Origin: Mobula hypostoma
Taxonomy: Eukaryota
Assembly (NCBI RefSeq): GCF_963921235.1
Contig: NC_086097.1
Span: 126,668,001 to 126,732,000 of the forward strand
Direction of reading: 5' to 3'
DNA length: 64,000 nucleotides
Numbering within the stretch: position 1 is the stretch's first letter; each line of letters starts with the position of its first letter. The translations under genes were made by a program, and so were the position numbers. This document shows positions 13,036 through 25,008 of the stretch, piece after piece. The notes beneath the pieces are model-generated. The model was not told the DNA's origin and did not search any database. It was given only the letters and a program-made list of their open reading frames with translations.

Positions 13036-13142
13036 TTGGTCTGCACATGTTCCAGTGTCATATTTTCCTGCTTCTTTACAAATTAGTTCCAGCACACATT
13101 CCCAAGTTGTGATTAGTTTTTTTTTCCCACTTTCTCTCACAG

Positions 13143-13211
13143 CACGACAATCATTCTAGCAGCTACAGGGATGCCATTGAAGCAATAGAAAATGAATACG
13201 AAGCTATGTTG
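13143..13211 (+). CDS. DSP: DSP exon 6 equivalent (69 nt)
   Basis: tttctctcacag|CAC GAC...ATG TTG|gtaagt; HDNHSSSYRDAIEAIENEYEAML; too short to appear in the ORF track. Confidence 0.88.
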
Positions 13212-13682
13212 GTAAGTGGAATTGATTAATGAAGCTGAAATCAGATTTTTTTTTTGGTGATTTGGGCAACATAGGACCAGTTGTAGTTGTATTCCCTTTC
13301 TAGTTCAATGAGACAGTGACTTGTTTCCATATCTCAACATCTAATAATGATTACAATAGGGAAGGGGGCCAGTGGGCTCATTGAGTCCATACTGATCCTG
13401 TGCTAGTCCCACTTCACCACCCTCTTTCCTATTCTTTCAAATCCCAACCTAGCTGCTCTTGAATGCTACAATTAAATCTGTTTACATTACTGCCCCTCAC
13501 AAGGCATTCCTAACACTACTACTCAATTCATATATTTTGTTTCCTTGTATGAGCTTGTGCCTTTTACTAATCACCTTCATTCTTTATCCCTTATCTCTTG
13601 TCCCTCCCATCAGTGGGAGCAGTTCTGCCTTTCTACTTAACTTCTACTCTATCTAGAGCCTTCAGAAATGCAATACTTCTAA

Positions 13683-14140
13683 TACGAGGGGTGATTGATA
13701 AGTTCATGGCCTACAGTAGAAGGAGTCAATTTTAGAACACCTAGTGCATTTATTTTTCCTACATTTACACACTTAGTCCAGCGGCCATGGAGCATACAGA
13801 TCCCTTCTTTGTAGAAGTCAGCATCTTGGACCTCCAGAAGCGGTCCACAGCAGGGGTGATTAATAAGTTTGTGGCCTAAGGTAGAAGGAAATGAACTTCA
13901 AACTTCCTGCATTTTCAATCAGAGTTGAACCGCATGTGCATGTAACGAGAGCTTAGACCACGAACTTATCAGTCACCCCTGCTGTAGATCACTTCTATAA
14001 AGAAGGGATGTGTATGCTCCATGACCACCGGGCTAAGTGTGTACATGTAGGAGGGGACTATGTTGAAAAATAAATATGCTAGGTTTTCTAAAATTGACTC
14101 CTTCTACCTTAGGCCACGAACTTATCAATCACCCCTCATC
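13683..14140. mobile_element. Mariner-derived palindromic MITE with four TIR copies
   Basis: TA-cgaggggtgattgataagttc... and ...gaacttatcaatcacccctca; inner TIR copies at about 13851-13890 and 13953-13988; transposase C-terminus ...KCVHVGGDYVEK* at 13993-14073. Confidence 0.88.
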
Positions 14141-14559
14141 GATCCCTTCTCAAACTCCTTTGTTCCAGGAACAAGTCCAGCTCTGTCTTTGCACCTGCTA
14201 AATTCCCGTATCCTTGAAATCATTTTAATAAACTGCTTCTGCAGCCTTTCTAAAGCTTTTTGCCCCTTTCAGAATTTTATCTGCCCCACTTTACCAAAAT
14301 ACCATCAATCTCAGCTTTTATATTAATATTTGACTCCACATCCATTACCATTGCAAAAGAAAGCTCTAAATTTTCACATTTTCTAGCTTCCCTCTTAGCT
14401 AGAATCTTTCCATTTTCACTCTAGGCCTATGCTCCTAAATCAATGGAAATTGATTCGATCTTCTCCTACAGTTCTTCCTTCAGAAGGAAATATAACCCTT
14501 GTTTCTCTATTCCTGTGTGTAATTAAATAATTGAGTTCTGTTCTTTCTCTACACTCTAG

Positions 14560-14721
14560 AAAATTTCAGCGGATAGATTTGACGAAATGAGAAAGTTTCA
14601 GGACATCATTCAAGCCACCTCCAATGAGATTATGTGGATTAATGACCGCGAGGAAGAAGAACTTGTCTATGATTGGAGTGACAAGAATACAAACATGGCT
14701 CAGAAGCAAGAAGCGTTCTCA
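14560..14721 (+). CDS. DSP: DSP exon 7 equivalent (162 nt)
   Basis: actctag|AAA ATT TCA...TTC TCA|gtaagt; IIQATSNEIMWINDREEEELVYDWSDKNTNMAQKQEAFS. Confidence 0.97.
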
Positions 14722-16559
14722 GTAAGTTGGAACAGGACAGAAATGATTGATTGACTGAAGATGTGTCCTGCAGTTAGGAGTTAGACATTTTGGTATTTGT
14801 CCATTGTCATCACTGTGTAACTATTATTATACTTTGAGATGGGTTCTCTCTGCATGCCAAGAATGAGGATCACGTGGATGTTGTTGTAGACCGTGGTGAC
14901 CCCAGTATTTAACTAAATCCTTGAACCACAACCTTTTGAATAAGACTCTGCACATCTGACTGTAGATCATTCCATCCAATTAGTCTCCTCGCTTTGTACT
15001 TGTGGACCCGGTTTAAAGGCAGCTAAACAGTTTGCATTAGGTGCTCCATTTGGTAGCTAGTATTCATTCCAGTTGTGATCTATCTAAATACTGCTATGCA
15101 TCTCCAAGCTCATCACGTGGGGGTTCGAGACTCTCATGAAGGCAGAGTCCAAATCAGGCACACCAACTGACGGGGTTTTCCCCATCCTCGTTTGGAGAAA
15201 AACCAAATCTTCTTACGGAGGCTATTTATAACAAAATATCTGAATATATTTTGCTAGTCTTGAAATTCCTTCTACATTTACTATGTAGTTTTGAAAATGT
15301 TCACCTTCTGGAGAATAACTTGATCCTTGAAGCATCTTGGTACCTGAGTTGCAATATCTGTCACTTAAATGTCAAAACATTGCATAAGGTATAATTTTTG
15401 TATAATATTATGTTGTGGTTTATTTGCCTTATCAAAAGTGGGGGGGGGGGGTGGGAGAGTAGAATTGTACTTAATTGCTTTTTTTTTAAATTTCGCATTT
15501 ATAGAATCTAAACCTGCAGCCATCAGGAACTAGGATTAATCAACAGTCCAAATTCGGCTGACATGCAAACAGTGGAATTAGCTCTTTGGTCCAGACTTCT
15601 GAGATTCAGTGAAAGGAAAAGATACTTGCCAGAGCATTAGCAAATGATTTATTTTCAAGATTTGAAGTAGGAATCACCAGTATTATGTATGTTGAAGGTG
15701 CAATTATGGCCTTGTGTTCAGCTGTAGTCCTGAAAGCCACTAGTCAATTAAGCTGTAGTTTGGGTGAAATGTACAAATACAGCAGCTACTGTATTATTCA
15801 GTTATCAGTGACCAAGGATAAATTTCTAACTTCTCTATGTTCTGAAGTCTGTTTAAAATGACAAGAACACCAGCTTTTTACAAATTTGCTTTCTGTGCTG
15901 ATAGAATTTCTTAAGTATTTACATCCTGTATAATGAACCTGTGGTAATGAATGCAGAATGGCCTGAATTCCGGCTTTCTAATTTGAGAATACCTGGGACT
16001 GCGATGCACATGTTTTGAAATAACTTTCTTAATTCCTTGCGAAAGCTATAGGGTATGCACTCAGACGGGAGGGATGGTAGATGCTGGATTCTGGAGCAGC
16101 CAGCAATCTGCTGGAGGAACTTTATGGGTCAAAACCCTATTACCCTGAAATGTTGACTGGCTGAGTTCCTCTGGAGATAATTTATCACTCAGAACAGGAA
16201 CTGTACAGCCCACGTTCTTTAGTTTCCTATGCCAGCAGCAGCACTGCTATCCCTTGGATTTTGTATTTCTTTGTGAATACTGTTTAGCTTCTAATTGTTT
16301 ACCATAATGGTTATCTGGCATGATGCTGCGTGTAAACTAATACCAAAAGAACAAATCTATTGAATGTGAGTTTAATTTCTAAAAGCACAATGGGTTATGT
16401 ACAGAAGAGGCAAAGAGCATGATGTTATAACAGTCGTTCAGCCTGTTGTCAGTGTTTGATATCGTTTTTATGGGGGAACCTTTATTAAGTTACACACATT
16501 TTGCTGTGCTGCTTTGCACCTTGTAGTTAATTGTTAAAATTTGTCTTTTTTCCTATTAG

Positions 16560-16664
16560 ATGTTGATGAGCCAATTGGAAGATAAAGAAAAGCAGTTAAA
16601 CAGACTCAAACAAGATGGTGACCAGCAAGTAGCAAATAACCATCCTGCAGCTGACAAAATTGAG
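16560..16664 (+). CDS. DSP: DSP exon 8 equivalent (105 nt)
   Basis: cctattag|ATG TTG ATG AGC...ATT GAG|gtgggg; MLMSQLEDKEKQLNRLKQDGDQQVANNHPAADKIE. Confidence 0.96.
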
Positions 16665-18201
16665 GTGGGGTATCTGGCTAATCACTCAGCATGGGTAGAG
16701 CAGGGCCTGATTTACAATATTTCCTCATTCTAGTTTGCAGTCAATTTTAGATGTAGAAGTTGCAGCACTTGCCTCAGTACATATGTTCCCATAGAGCCAC
16801 TTATAATAATGTTATGTAGCATTCATTACCTAGGTATCTATACAAGATGTTAAGAGAATTGCTACCAGCTTTAAATTTAGGTTAGGTGCTGTTTTAGCAT
16901 CCAGTTCCTTCATTCTTTTAATGGAGCTCTTTAAGATGACCACTATGGGGAGGGGTAACTTCTGTTACAAAGTTGGCAGAGCTGATGCCTGAATTCTTAG
17001 ATGCTGCTGTCTTTATTTGATAGAAATTGTATACAATAGTTAAGTTTATTTAAATGCTAAAGTATGATGAAACCCTTTTTAATGTTGTACAATAACGATA
17101 TTATTTCCAAATTAGAAGTACTAGGCATGTATGTTCTGCAAAACTCTAATTATTAGGGTCTGGACAGCTAGCTGTTTCTCATTTAAATTCTGTTCAGTAC
17201 AGGGTATTGCTCCTTGGGATTTAATATCAAACATCATAATTTTAAGCATCAGTGTTTTTTTTTAAACTGATGTTTAATATTTTTAAACAATGAGGCCATA
17301 GCTTGCAACAGATCAGATACTATATCTCCCAGAAACCACAAAGTACAATGTAAACATCTATTGTTTCCAATTTTGTTTACTACTAACTTGCTGTATGTAG
17401 AACAAATGTTGTCTGGAGTTTTCAGATTCATCTCAAAGTATGTAAACCGGTACAGGATTCTTTGCTCCCATTAATCACCAGAAATCCTTAATCCCTTGTA
17501 CATGGGGCATGAAAATACCAGCTTCATATTTTGTAAATAGTTTCACAAGCAATAAAAGAAAGTAATTTCTTTGGAGTTTTTTGGTTGAAATAAACACCAC
17601 AGCTTTGGTAATTCCATTGTAGAAAAGACAGAGGAAACATCAATGCAAAAGTTCCACACTTATTTAGACTGAATTTTTTTCAAATGCTTAAGATTTGAAT
17701 GAGAGCAGAGCTAAAATTTGATGTTGGGCAAAATAATTCTAAAGAGAAAAGCAACTACAATGTGGTGAATGTTTTTAATAAGACAATTGAAAAGATGTGT
17801 AATACGGTAACATGCTTACCACTAATCATCTCATGTTTTTTTTAAAAAAACAACACACTTCAGAAACATGTAGTTCATCACCTAGGCCATTTCTCCAAAC
17901 AACATCCACTTGCCAGATCGTTGAATGATAACACTTAACTTGCAGTGTGTATTTATTCTTAACCTCAGCACACTTTTTAAAATCTATGTGCTGCTTCATT
18001 CCTTGTCATACCCTAATAAATCCTAGGTTTGGCATCAGATCAGATACTATTTCTAAAGGTGCTGCAGACATGGAACTAGCAGACACATCAAATTGGTTAT
18101 ATTCAACATGACAAATTATTCATGTATCAGAATGTTGGATTTTGTGTAAGTTAACAGCATTTGTACTAACGAGAAATTTGTGAATTTTTCTTGCACTACA
18201 G

Positions 18202-18297
18202 GCATACATTGATACTTTGCAAACCCAATGGAGTTGGATTCTTCAGCTTACTAAATGCATTGAGGTTCATCTGAAGGAGAATTCCAATTACTTTCAG
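18202..18297 (+). CDS. DSP: DSP exon 9 equivalent (96 nt)
   Basis: ctacag|GCA TAC ATT...TTT CAG|gtaggt; AYIDTLQTQWSWILQLTKCIEVHLKENSNYFQ. Confidence 0.97.
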
Positions 18298-18796
18298 GTA
18301 GGTTTTAAATTTCAATACCAGTGAATACAACTTTGAAAGTAATGTGTGTGCTATAGTTTTAGTTTGACATGATTGACATTTCATTTTGGAGACTGAAAGG
18401 TGCAGGGAAAACAAAAATACAGCAAATGCTGAAAATCCAAGAATAACAAACAATGCAGAAAATACTCAGCAGGTCAAACAGTATCCACAGAGAAGAAAAG
18501 AGATTTTTGCATCAGAATTGAGCTCAGTGAAAAGGATGTTAACCTGAAATAATAGCTCTGCTACTGGCTCTGTAGATGCTGCCTAACTTGCTGACTTTCC
18601 AGTATTTTCTGCTTTTATATGAAAACTAATGTTCATGTCATCATGCTGATTAGCACATTTAATCATTCTAACTTGGGTACCGGGCCAAGTTGGGTGGACT
18701 GACTGAAGGAAAATGCTTTAATTGACAAGAAGGGAATTAATAAACTGAACTTCACTTTGTTGCAGCTTTTCAGATTCTGTTTTTATCATTTTACAG

Positions 18797-18922
18797 TTTT
18801 TTGAGGATGTGCAATCAACTGAAAGCTCTCTGAAGAAAATGCAGGATTCACTAAGACAGAAATATGTCTGTGATAGGTCAACAACGCTGCAGCTTTTGGA
18901 GAAGATGATTGCAGAATCTGAG
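18797..18922 (+). CDS. DSP: DSP exon 10 equivalent (126 nt)
   Basis: ttttacag|TTT TTT GAG...TCT GAG|gtaatt; FFEDVQSTESSLKKMQDSLRQKYVCD. Confidence 0.95.
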
Positions 18923-19417
18923 GTAATTTTAAAGCAGAAGATGGTTGAATATCTGCAAAGACCCCAGATTTGTGGAACATTGATTATTTTTTTTTCATTC
19001 ATGAAGCGGTAGTGGTCTATTGTTTGTCTTGTTTCCTATCAACCATTACATTGCTTATAGTTTCCATGCAGAGACGGGAACTGAACCAACTGCAATGTCA
19101 TGCAAAAGAGAATGGCCGAGATATACCTGGTTTAGTTTCTCAACTCATGCTAATAGATTATTGCACTGAAATTTGAAAAGTCAATTTGAAAATGAGGGGA
19201 GGAGTCAGAGCTGAAGTAAAAATAATTAAATTTGTATTCTATTACGTTTGATTAATGTTCTGCTCAAATCCTACACTCTTGGTTGGAATTGAAGGAGCAC
19301 CAATCTGTGGTTTCTATATGGATGCTGTATTGGATTTCTTTGCTTCTACTACAACACAACAGAATGATGTGATTGTCAAAGTGACTTGTTACTATGCGAC
19401 TTCGTTTTTTTTTGCAG

Positions 19418-19582
19418 AAAGATAAGGAGAAAATCCACGAATACAAAAGACAAGTGTCAAACTTGGTCAACAAGGCGAAGAAGATAGTGCAGTTAAAACC
19501 ACGCAATCCAACTGCTAGTATCGACATACGGGGTCCAAACCAAATTATGCTCAAGGCTCTTTGTGACTACAAACAGGATCAG
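19418..19582 (+). CDS. DSP: DSP exon 11 equivalent (165 nt; start of SH3)
   Basis: tttgcag|AAA GAT AAG...GAT CAG|gtattg; EYKRQVSNLVNKAKKIVQLKPRNP...KALCDYKQDQ. Confidence 0.97.
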
Positions 19583-20059
19583 GTATTGCCATAGTTCTGC
19601 TTGCTTTTTTTTTCTGGCAGCAAGCCCTTGTCAGTCCAATGTTAGCCATAAAATCAACCAGGGTGCAGTGGATCAGATGTTGATAGGTGGACTGCTTTCA
19701 ATGAAGGTGGATGTTTTTGGAATATCCTGGCTTTGTTGGTGTCAGAGTTCATTGGAAGCTGAAGGGCCAGTCCAATTAAAGTGAGAAGCTACATGTTCTT
19801 TAGCTAGGGCCTGTAATGAGCTGTAGGTTTTCTGTTTCTATATTCTGTTTAAAGAACATGGTGGGTAGAGCAGCAAGAAATTGTCAACACTGCAGGTCAG
19901 AACCTTGTAAGTTCTTCTATTGAATAGAGTGCCACAGAAACAGTGTCATTAATCACCTTATTAAGTTGACTGATTTTAATTTTGCATCCTTTTATCTTCT
20001 AATTATTCAGGTAATTGTAGAGTAACTTAGGAAATTTGATTTAATTGAACCTAAGCAAT

Positions 20060-20870
20060 GATGTGTGTACAAAATTACGGGTATAGCTAAGGTCAATGCA
20101 AGAAGGCTTTTTCCACTGAGCTTGGAGAGACTAGAACAAAAGGTCATGGGTTAAGGGTGAATGGGGAATGAAGGGGAAATTCTTCACTCGGAGGATGGTG
20201 AGTATGGAGTGAGCTGCCGGTGTGGTGGTGGGGGATGCAGGTTCGAATTCAGCATTTAGGAGAAATTTGGAGAAGTACAGGGATGGGAGGGTGTTGTTGG
20301 AAATCAGGTTCGCAGGTTCATGATTGGGGACAGAAGACATGCTGCTGGTAAGTAGGTTAGCTATTTATTTACAAGACAAAACTGACACTAAACACTACAA
20401 GCTAAACTCTGTTTTGAATACAGTACTTACCTAAACTGAGTGCCTGAAGTAACAGGACAAAACAAACACTAAAGTACACAGTGGCTTATACATATCTAAA
20501 GTCTGGTCCTGAGCCCTCTACACTGTAGCACACCCACCACTGTCTACCATTTGCACGATACCCTTGTCTACCTGATCCACAGTGACCCTAGAGGGAAAGA
20601 GGCTGCATGGTTTTTGCATGCTAGATTTAAACTCTACCAGAGCTGTGCGACATCAGCTAAACGGGAGCTAGTGGGAGGGGTTGCAGTGCTCATTATGAGG
20701 GCCAGACCCTACCTCCCACAGGGAAGTGGCTTTCGATGAGCAGGTAATGTTAAGATACTGACTGCAACTGAGGGGTATGGAGGACTGTGGTCCAGGGGCA
20801 GGTGGATGGGACTAGGCACAGACTAGAAGGGCCAAAAGGCCTGTTTCTTTGTTAGTGTTCTATGACTCCA
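20060..20870 (+). mobile_element. CR1 3' fragment split by a solo LTR
   Basis: CR1 sequence ...ggatgggaggg continues as ...gaggggtatggaggactgtggtccagg after the LTR. Confidence 0.75.
20292..20769 (-). mobile_element. Solo LTR (478 bp, 5-bp TSD)
   Basis: Termini TGTTG...CAAC(T); GAGGG at 20287-20291 and 20770-20774; antisense AATAAA (tttatt) near the left end. Confidence 0.7.
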
Positions 20871-21294
20871 TGATTTCCAGGGAACTGTTTGTGATGGTGA
20901 CAAAATATTTATCACGTTTGAGGATGTGCATTAATTCAGTGAGTTACTGTTAATTCTCAATCTTTACTGCAAATCTTATTTGATTAGTGTCAGGTTGGGC
21001 CCTGTGTTGTTACAGTACGAATGAACCATGGTTATAGATATCTCTTAAAGCTATGCATATCGCCAAATAGCATGGTAAACTTGTAAAATGAGTTTTGCTG
21101 AGCATTTGTGTTTGTAGAAAGATTTTCTTGTGCTTAGTGTAACATTGGATTGCAATACTATAGTAATTTAATGTTTTCACTAAAAATTTTAGTAGGTTTT
21201 AAGCTGGCAATTCAATTAAATTTTTAAAGCATTCTAGTCCTATTCTAAAGTCTTTTGACTGGTCTTACAGGAGGCCAGTGTAAGAAGACTGGCT

Positions 21295-22392
21295 AATTGA
21301 TTCATTTACTTGGAGATAAAGCTTAGAACAGGCCCTTCCAACCCAAAGAGCTGCATGGTCCAGCAACTCTCCCATTTAGCCCTAACCTAATCACAAGACA
21401 ATTTACAATGACCAATTAACGCAGAAACATAGAAGATAGGTGCAGGAGTGGGCCATTCAGCCCTTCGAGCCTGCAACGCCATTCAGTATGATCATGGCTG
21501 ATCATCCAACTCAGAACCCTGTACCAGCCTTCTCTCCATACCCCCTGATCCCTTTAGCCACAAGGGCCATACCTAACTCCCTCTTAAATATAGCCAATGA
21601 ACTGGCCTCAACTGTTTCCTGTGGCAGAGAAGTCCACAGATTCATCACTCTCTGTGTGAAGAAGTTTTTCCTAATCTCGGTCCTAAAAGGCTTCCCCTTT
21701 ATCCTTAAGCTGTGACCCCTCATTCTGGACTTCCCCAACATCGGGAACAATCCTCCTGCATCTAGCCTGTCCAATTCCTTTAGGATTTTATACATTTCAA
21801 TCAGATCCCCCCTCAATCTTCTTAATTCCAGCAAGGATAAGCCTAGTCGATCCAGTCTTTCATCATATGAAAGTCCTGCCATCCCAGGAATCAATCTGGT
21901 GAACCTTCTTTGTACTCCCTCTATGGCAAGAATGTCTTTCCTCAGATCAGGGGACCAAAACTGCACACAATACTCCAGGTGTGGTCTCACCAAGGCCTTG
22001 TTCAACTGCAGTAGTACCTCCCTGCTCCTGTACTCGAATCCTCTTGCTATGAATGCCAGCATACCATTCGCCTTTTTCACCGCCTGCTGTACCTGCATGC
22101 CCACTTTCAATGACTGGTGTATAATGACACCCAGGTCTCGTTGCACCTCCCCTTTTCCTAATCGGCCACCATTCAGATAATAATCTGTTTTCCTGTTTTT
22201 GCTACCAAATTGGATTAACCTACTAACTGGTGTGTCTTGGGACTGAGGAAACCGGAGCACCTGGACGAAATTGGTGTGCACGCACTTGGGAAGTACATAC
22301 AAACTTCTTCCGGAGGACTCCAGAATTGAACTCCGAACTCCAATGCTCCGAGCTGTAATAGCGTCATGCTAACCACTACACTACTATGGCGG
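21295..22392 (-). mobile_element. V-SINE/HE1-like tRNA-derived SINE split by a young CR1
   Basis: ...caatttacaatgaccaattaac continues as (attaac)ctactaactgg...gaaaccggagcacc... after 22213; tRNA-like head at about 22320-22392. Confidence 0.7.
21421..22213 (-). mobile_element. Young 5'-truncated CR1 LINE (ORF2 C-terminus plus 3' UTR)
   Basis: Uninterrupted frame FGSKNRKTDYYLNG...RDLGV...KKANGMLAFI...LVRPHLEYCVQFWSP...RLRGDLIE...KAGTGF*; candidate TSD attaac. Confidence 0.95.
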
Positions 22393-22660
22393 TCTTGCAT
22401 AGCTGCATTTTATTGCCATTCTATTGATTGAATAACTCGAATAAACACAGTCACCATTTGTACATTGTTATGCCATAAAAACAATTTGAAGTGATAAAAC
22501 TTTTCCCATGAAGCATTTGGTTAACTTGGAAGTGTGTATTGTACAAGTAGTGTTGGAACCAATGTGCTAAGTTAAATTATGGTAATGTGTACTTGGAGTT
22601 ATAGTTGGGATGTTAAATAATCTTGCTGTAATTGTAATTTCTTCTTCACTATCTTTTAAG

Positions 22661-22815
22661 AGAGTTGTCCATAGAGGAAATGAATGCATTTTACTGGATA
22701 ATACACAACGCAGCAAGTGGAGGGTGATTGGACCAGGAGGAATGGAAATGGAAGTTCCATCTGTTTGTCTTCTCATCCCACCTCCAAACCCTGGTGCAAT
22801 TGATCTTGCAAGCAA
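22661..22815 (+). CDS. DSP: DSP exon 12 equivalent (155 nt; SH3)
   Basis: cttttaag|AGA GTT GTC...AGC AA|gtatga; RSKWRVIGPGGMEMEVPSVCLLIPPPNP. Confidence 0.97.
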
Positions 22816-22919
22816 GTATGAGACTATGTCACTTGACAGTTTACTTGTTTCTTAAACTTATGAATGAAATTTCCTTGTTTTGTTGAAGAATCTGAAAAGG
22901 TGCTTTTTGTTCTGACCAG

Positions 22920-23046
22920 AATTGATCAGTACTACGAGGCTATCCTTGCTCTGTGGAATCAGCTGTACATTAACATGAAGAGCTTGGTGTCCTGGCAATA
23001 CTGCCTGTTAGATATTGAAAAGATACAGAGTTGGACCATATCTGTG
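22920..23046 (+). CDS. DSP: DSP exon 13 equivalent (127 nt)
   Basis: tgaccag|A ATT GAT CAG...TCT GTG|gtaagc; IDQYYEAILALWNQLYINMKSLVSWQYC. Confidence 0.97.
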
Positions 23047-23584
23047 GTAAGCTCCACAAAATCCTCGTTTGTGTATGATGTAGAAACTCTTGCCTCTGGG
23101 GATGAAGTGCAAAGTATTAGATGAGGAAGTACGTTAGGAAAACAATTATAGCATTTGTTAAGATGTGATTAAAGTCTCACAATAGGTTCGAACAATTATG
23201 GAAACGAACAATTTTTTCTGGTCAAGCAAAGGTGATAACAGTTCGTACTGTGACAGGCCTTTTGATCGTCTGACGTATCAGCTGTAGTATTGAATGAGAG
23301 TGTATCCATCCTACTGTGCTAAAATGGTGAAAATGACTTAAAATAAAAAGATGTTTCTAATTAAATCAACAATGGTAACTACTGGGCTCTTTTGACTCCC
23401 TCAAAAGAAGGCACGTCCCTAGATATGAAACTTGTTAGAAATATGTGATTGTATTTCAGTCCCTTTTGCACAATTTTAACCTGAATATGAGAAAATTCTC
23501 ATTTCCTACTCAAGCGTATCATCTGACCAGGTAGGAGGTATTAATTTGCAATGACTTGCAAGTAATCTTTTGTTTTTTTTTCAG

Positions 23585-23786
23585 TTACAGACAATGTCTG
23601 GGGAAGATAGTGAGTTAGTCCTCAGAAGCTTGGAAAAGAACTATAAAGCATTCCAGACATTCAGCAAGGATTCACAGCACTTCACTGATGCAGACAAGCA
23701 TAAACTGGAGAACCAATATAGCTCTAGCAAGAATCATTATACGAGCATGGTAACCAATCTGGAGGAAAAGAGAACTAGTGTCACAG
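23585..23786 (+). CDS. DSP: DSP exon 14 equivalent (202 nt)
   Basis: ttttttcag|TTA CAG ACA ATG...GTC ACA G|gtttgt. Confidence 0.92.
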
Positions 23787-23969
23787 GTTTGTAATGTTTA
23801 CAGTGGTCTGTGGTACTTTGCTGTTGTGCCCAACAATGAAATGAATAGAAATTACTGTTGGATCTGGTGTTGTCAGTGTTTGGAGATCAATCCAGGTTAT
23901 TGTAACTTATTGAGGGAAAGAATGAATTGCTGAATTAATTTTTGGGTATTTTGGTCATTGTTGTTACAT

Positions 23970-24200
23970 CCACACTCAGTGGCCACCTTATTTGGTACAG
24001 GGGGTTCCTAATATAGTGGCCACTGAATGGATTTTGCATGCTCATGGTCTTTTGCTGCTGAAGCCCATCTAGTTCAAAGTTCGGCGTGTTATGCATTCGG
24101 AGAAGTTCTTCTGCACACCACTGTCGAAACAGTTATTTGAGTTACTGTTGCCTTCCTATCATCTTGAACCAGTCAGACCATTCTCCTCTGACCTTTCAAT
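23970..24200. mobile_element. Tc1-like MITE remnant
   Basis: Short inverted repeat actcagtggccac.../...gtggccactgaat at 23971-24030, followed by Tc1-like internal sequence. Confidence 0.5.
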
Positions 24201-24817
24201 AATAGGGTTTTTTTTTTGAGAATTCCGTCTAAACTAATTTTGTCTCAACTTTGTCTTATTAATTTATTGAAGGTACTGCTTTCTTTATGACGAATAAATG
24301 AAGTTGCAGCATTTTAATTGTCAGCTATCACTCATTAATATTCTTGATTCTTTTGATTGTTGCTCAGAGTTTGGAGATCAATTTAGATATTTACCCAAAC
24401 ATAGTGAACACAATTGGATGTGTAAAGGTTGAACACTGGACCAAGGCCATACTACTTTCTGATGTAGTTCCAAATCAAGATATTCTGTAAATGTCCAATC
24501 ACAAGCAAGAGAAAATCTGCAGATGCTGGAAATCCAAGCAACACACACAAAATGCCCTGCAACTCTGCTGCCATTCCCTCTTTGCTGTGCAGAGCAAGGG
24601 TGAAATTCCCCTGGTCCTTTCTAGAATCCATTAACAAGATGATCTTTGTATTTTTAGGGAGTGCAAAGTGAGAAAAATCATATTGTCATTTTCAAATGTT
24701 TCACTGGTTTAGAATGATTGGCTGCTTTAGGAGATTGAATGTGACCTATGGAGATGATTGTTTCATGGAGTGATTGATTTCTTTCTCACCGAAGCGTTGT
24801 TTTTTTTCTCTTGTTAG

Positions 24818-25008
24818 GTCCAACACAGGTGGTATTATCACCACAGCACGCCGCGCCACCACCAAGGATGGACTTGAATTTCCAGCAGGAACTCCAGAAG
24901 ATACGTTATCGTTTGGAGGTGAATGAAAACAAAATGATGGAAAAAATACATCTCCTCATTGATTCAAATGCGCAGGAAGAGTTTGCAGAGAGGATATCTG
25001 AGTTAGAG
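24818..25008 (+). CDS. DSP: DSP exon 15 equivalent (191 nt)
   Basis: ctcttgttag|GT CCA ACA...TTA GAG|gtgaga; QELQKIRYRLE. Confidence 0.9.

Noticed and set aside
21511..22302. 263-aa minus-strand ORF as a host gene
   Set aside because: It is a 5'-truncated CR1 ORF2 C-terminus fused by chance to SINE sequence, with no RT core.
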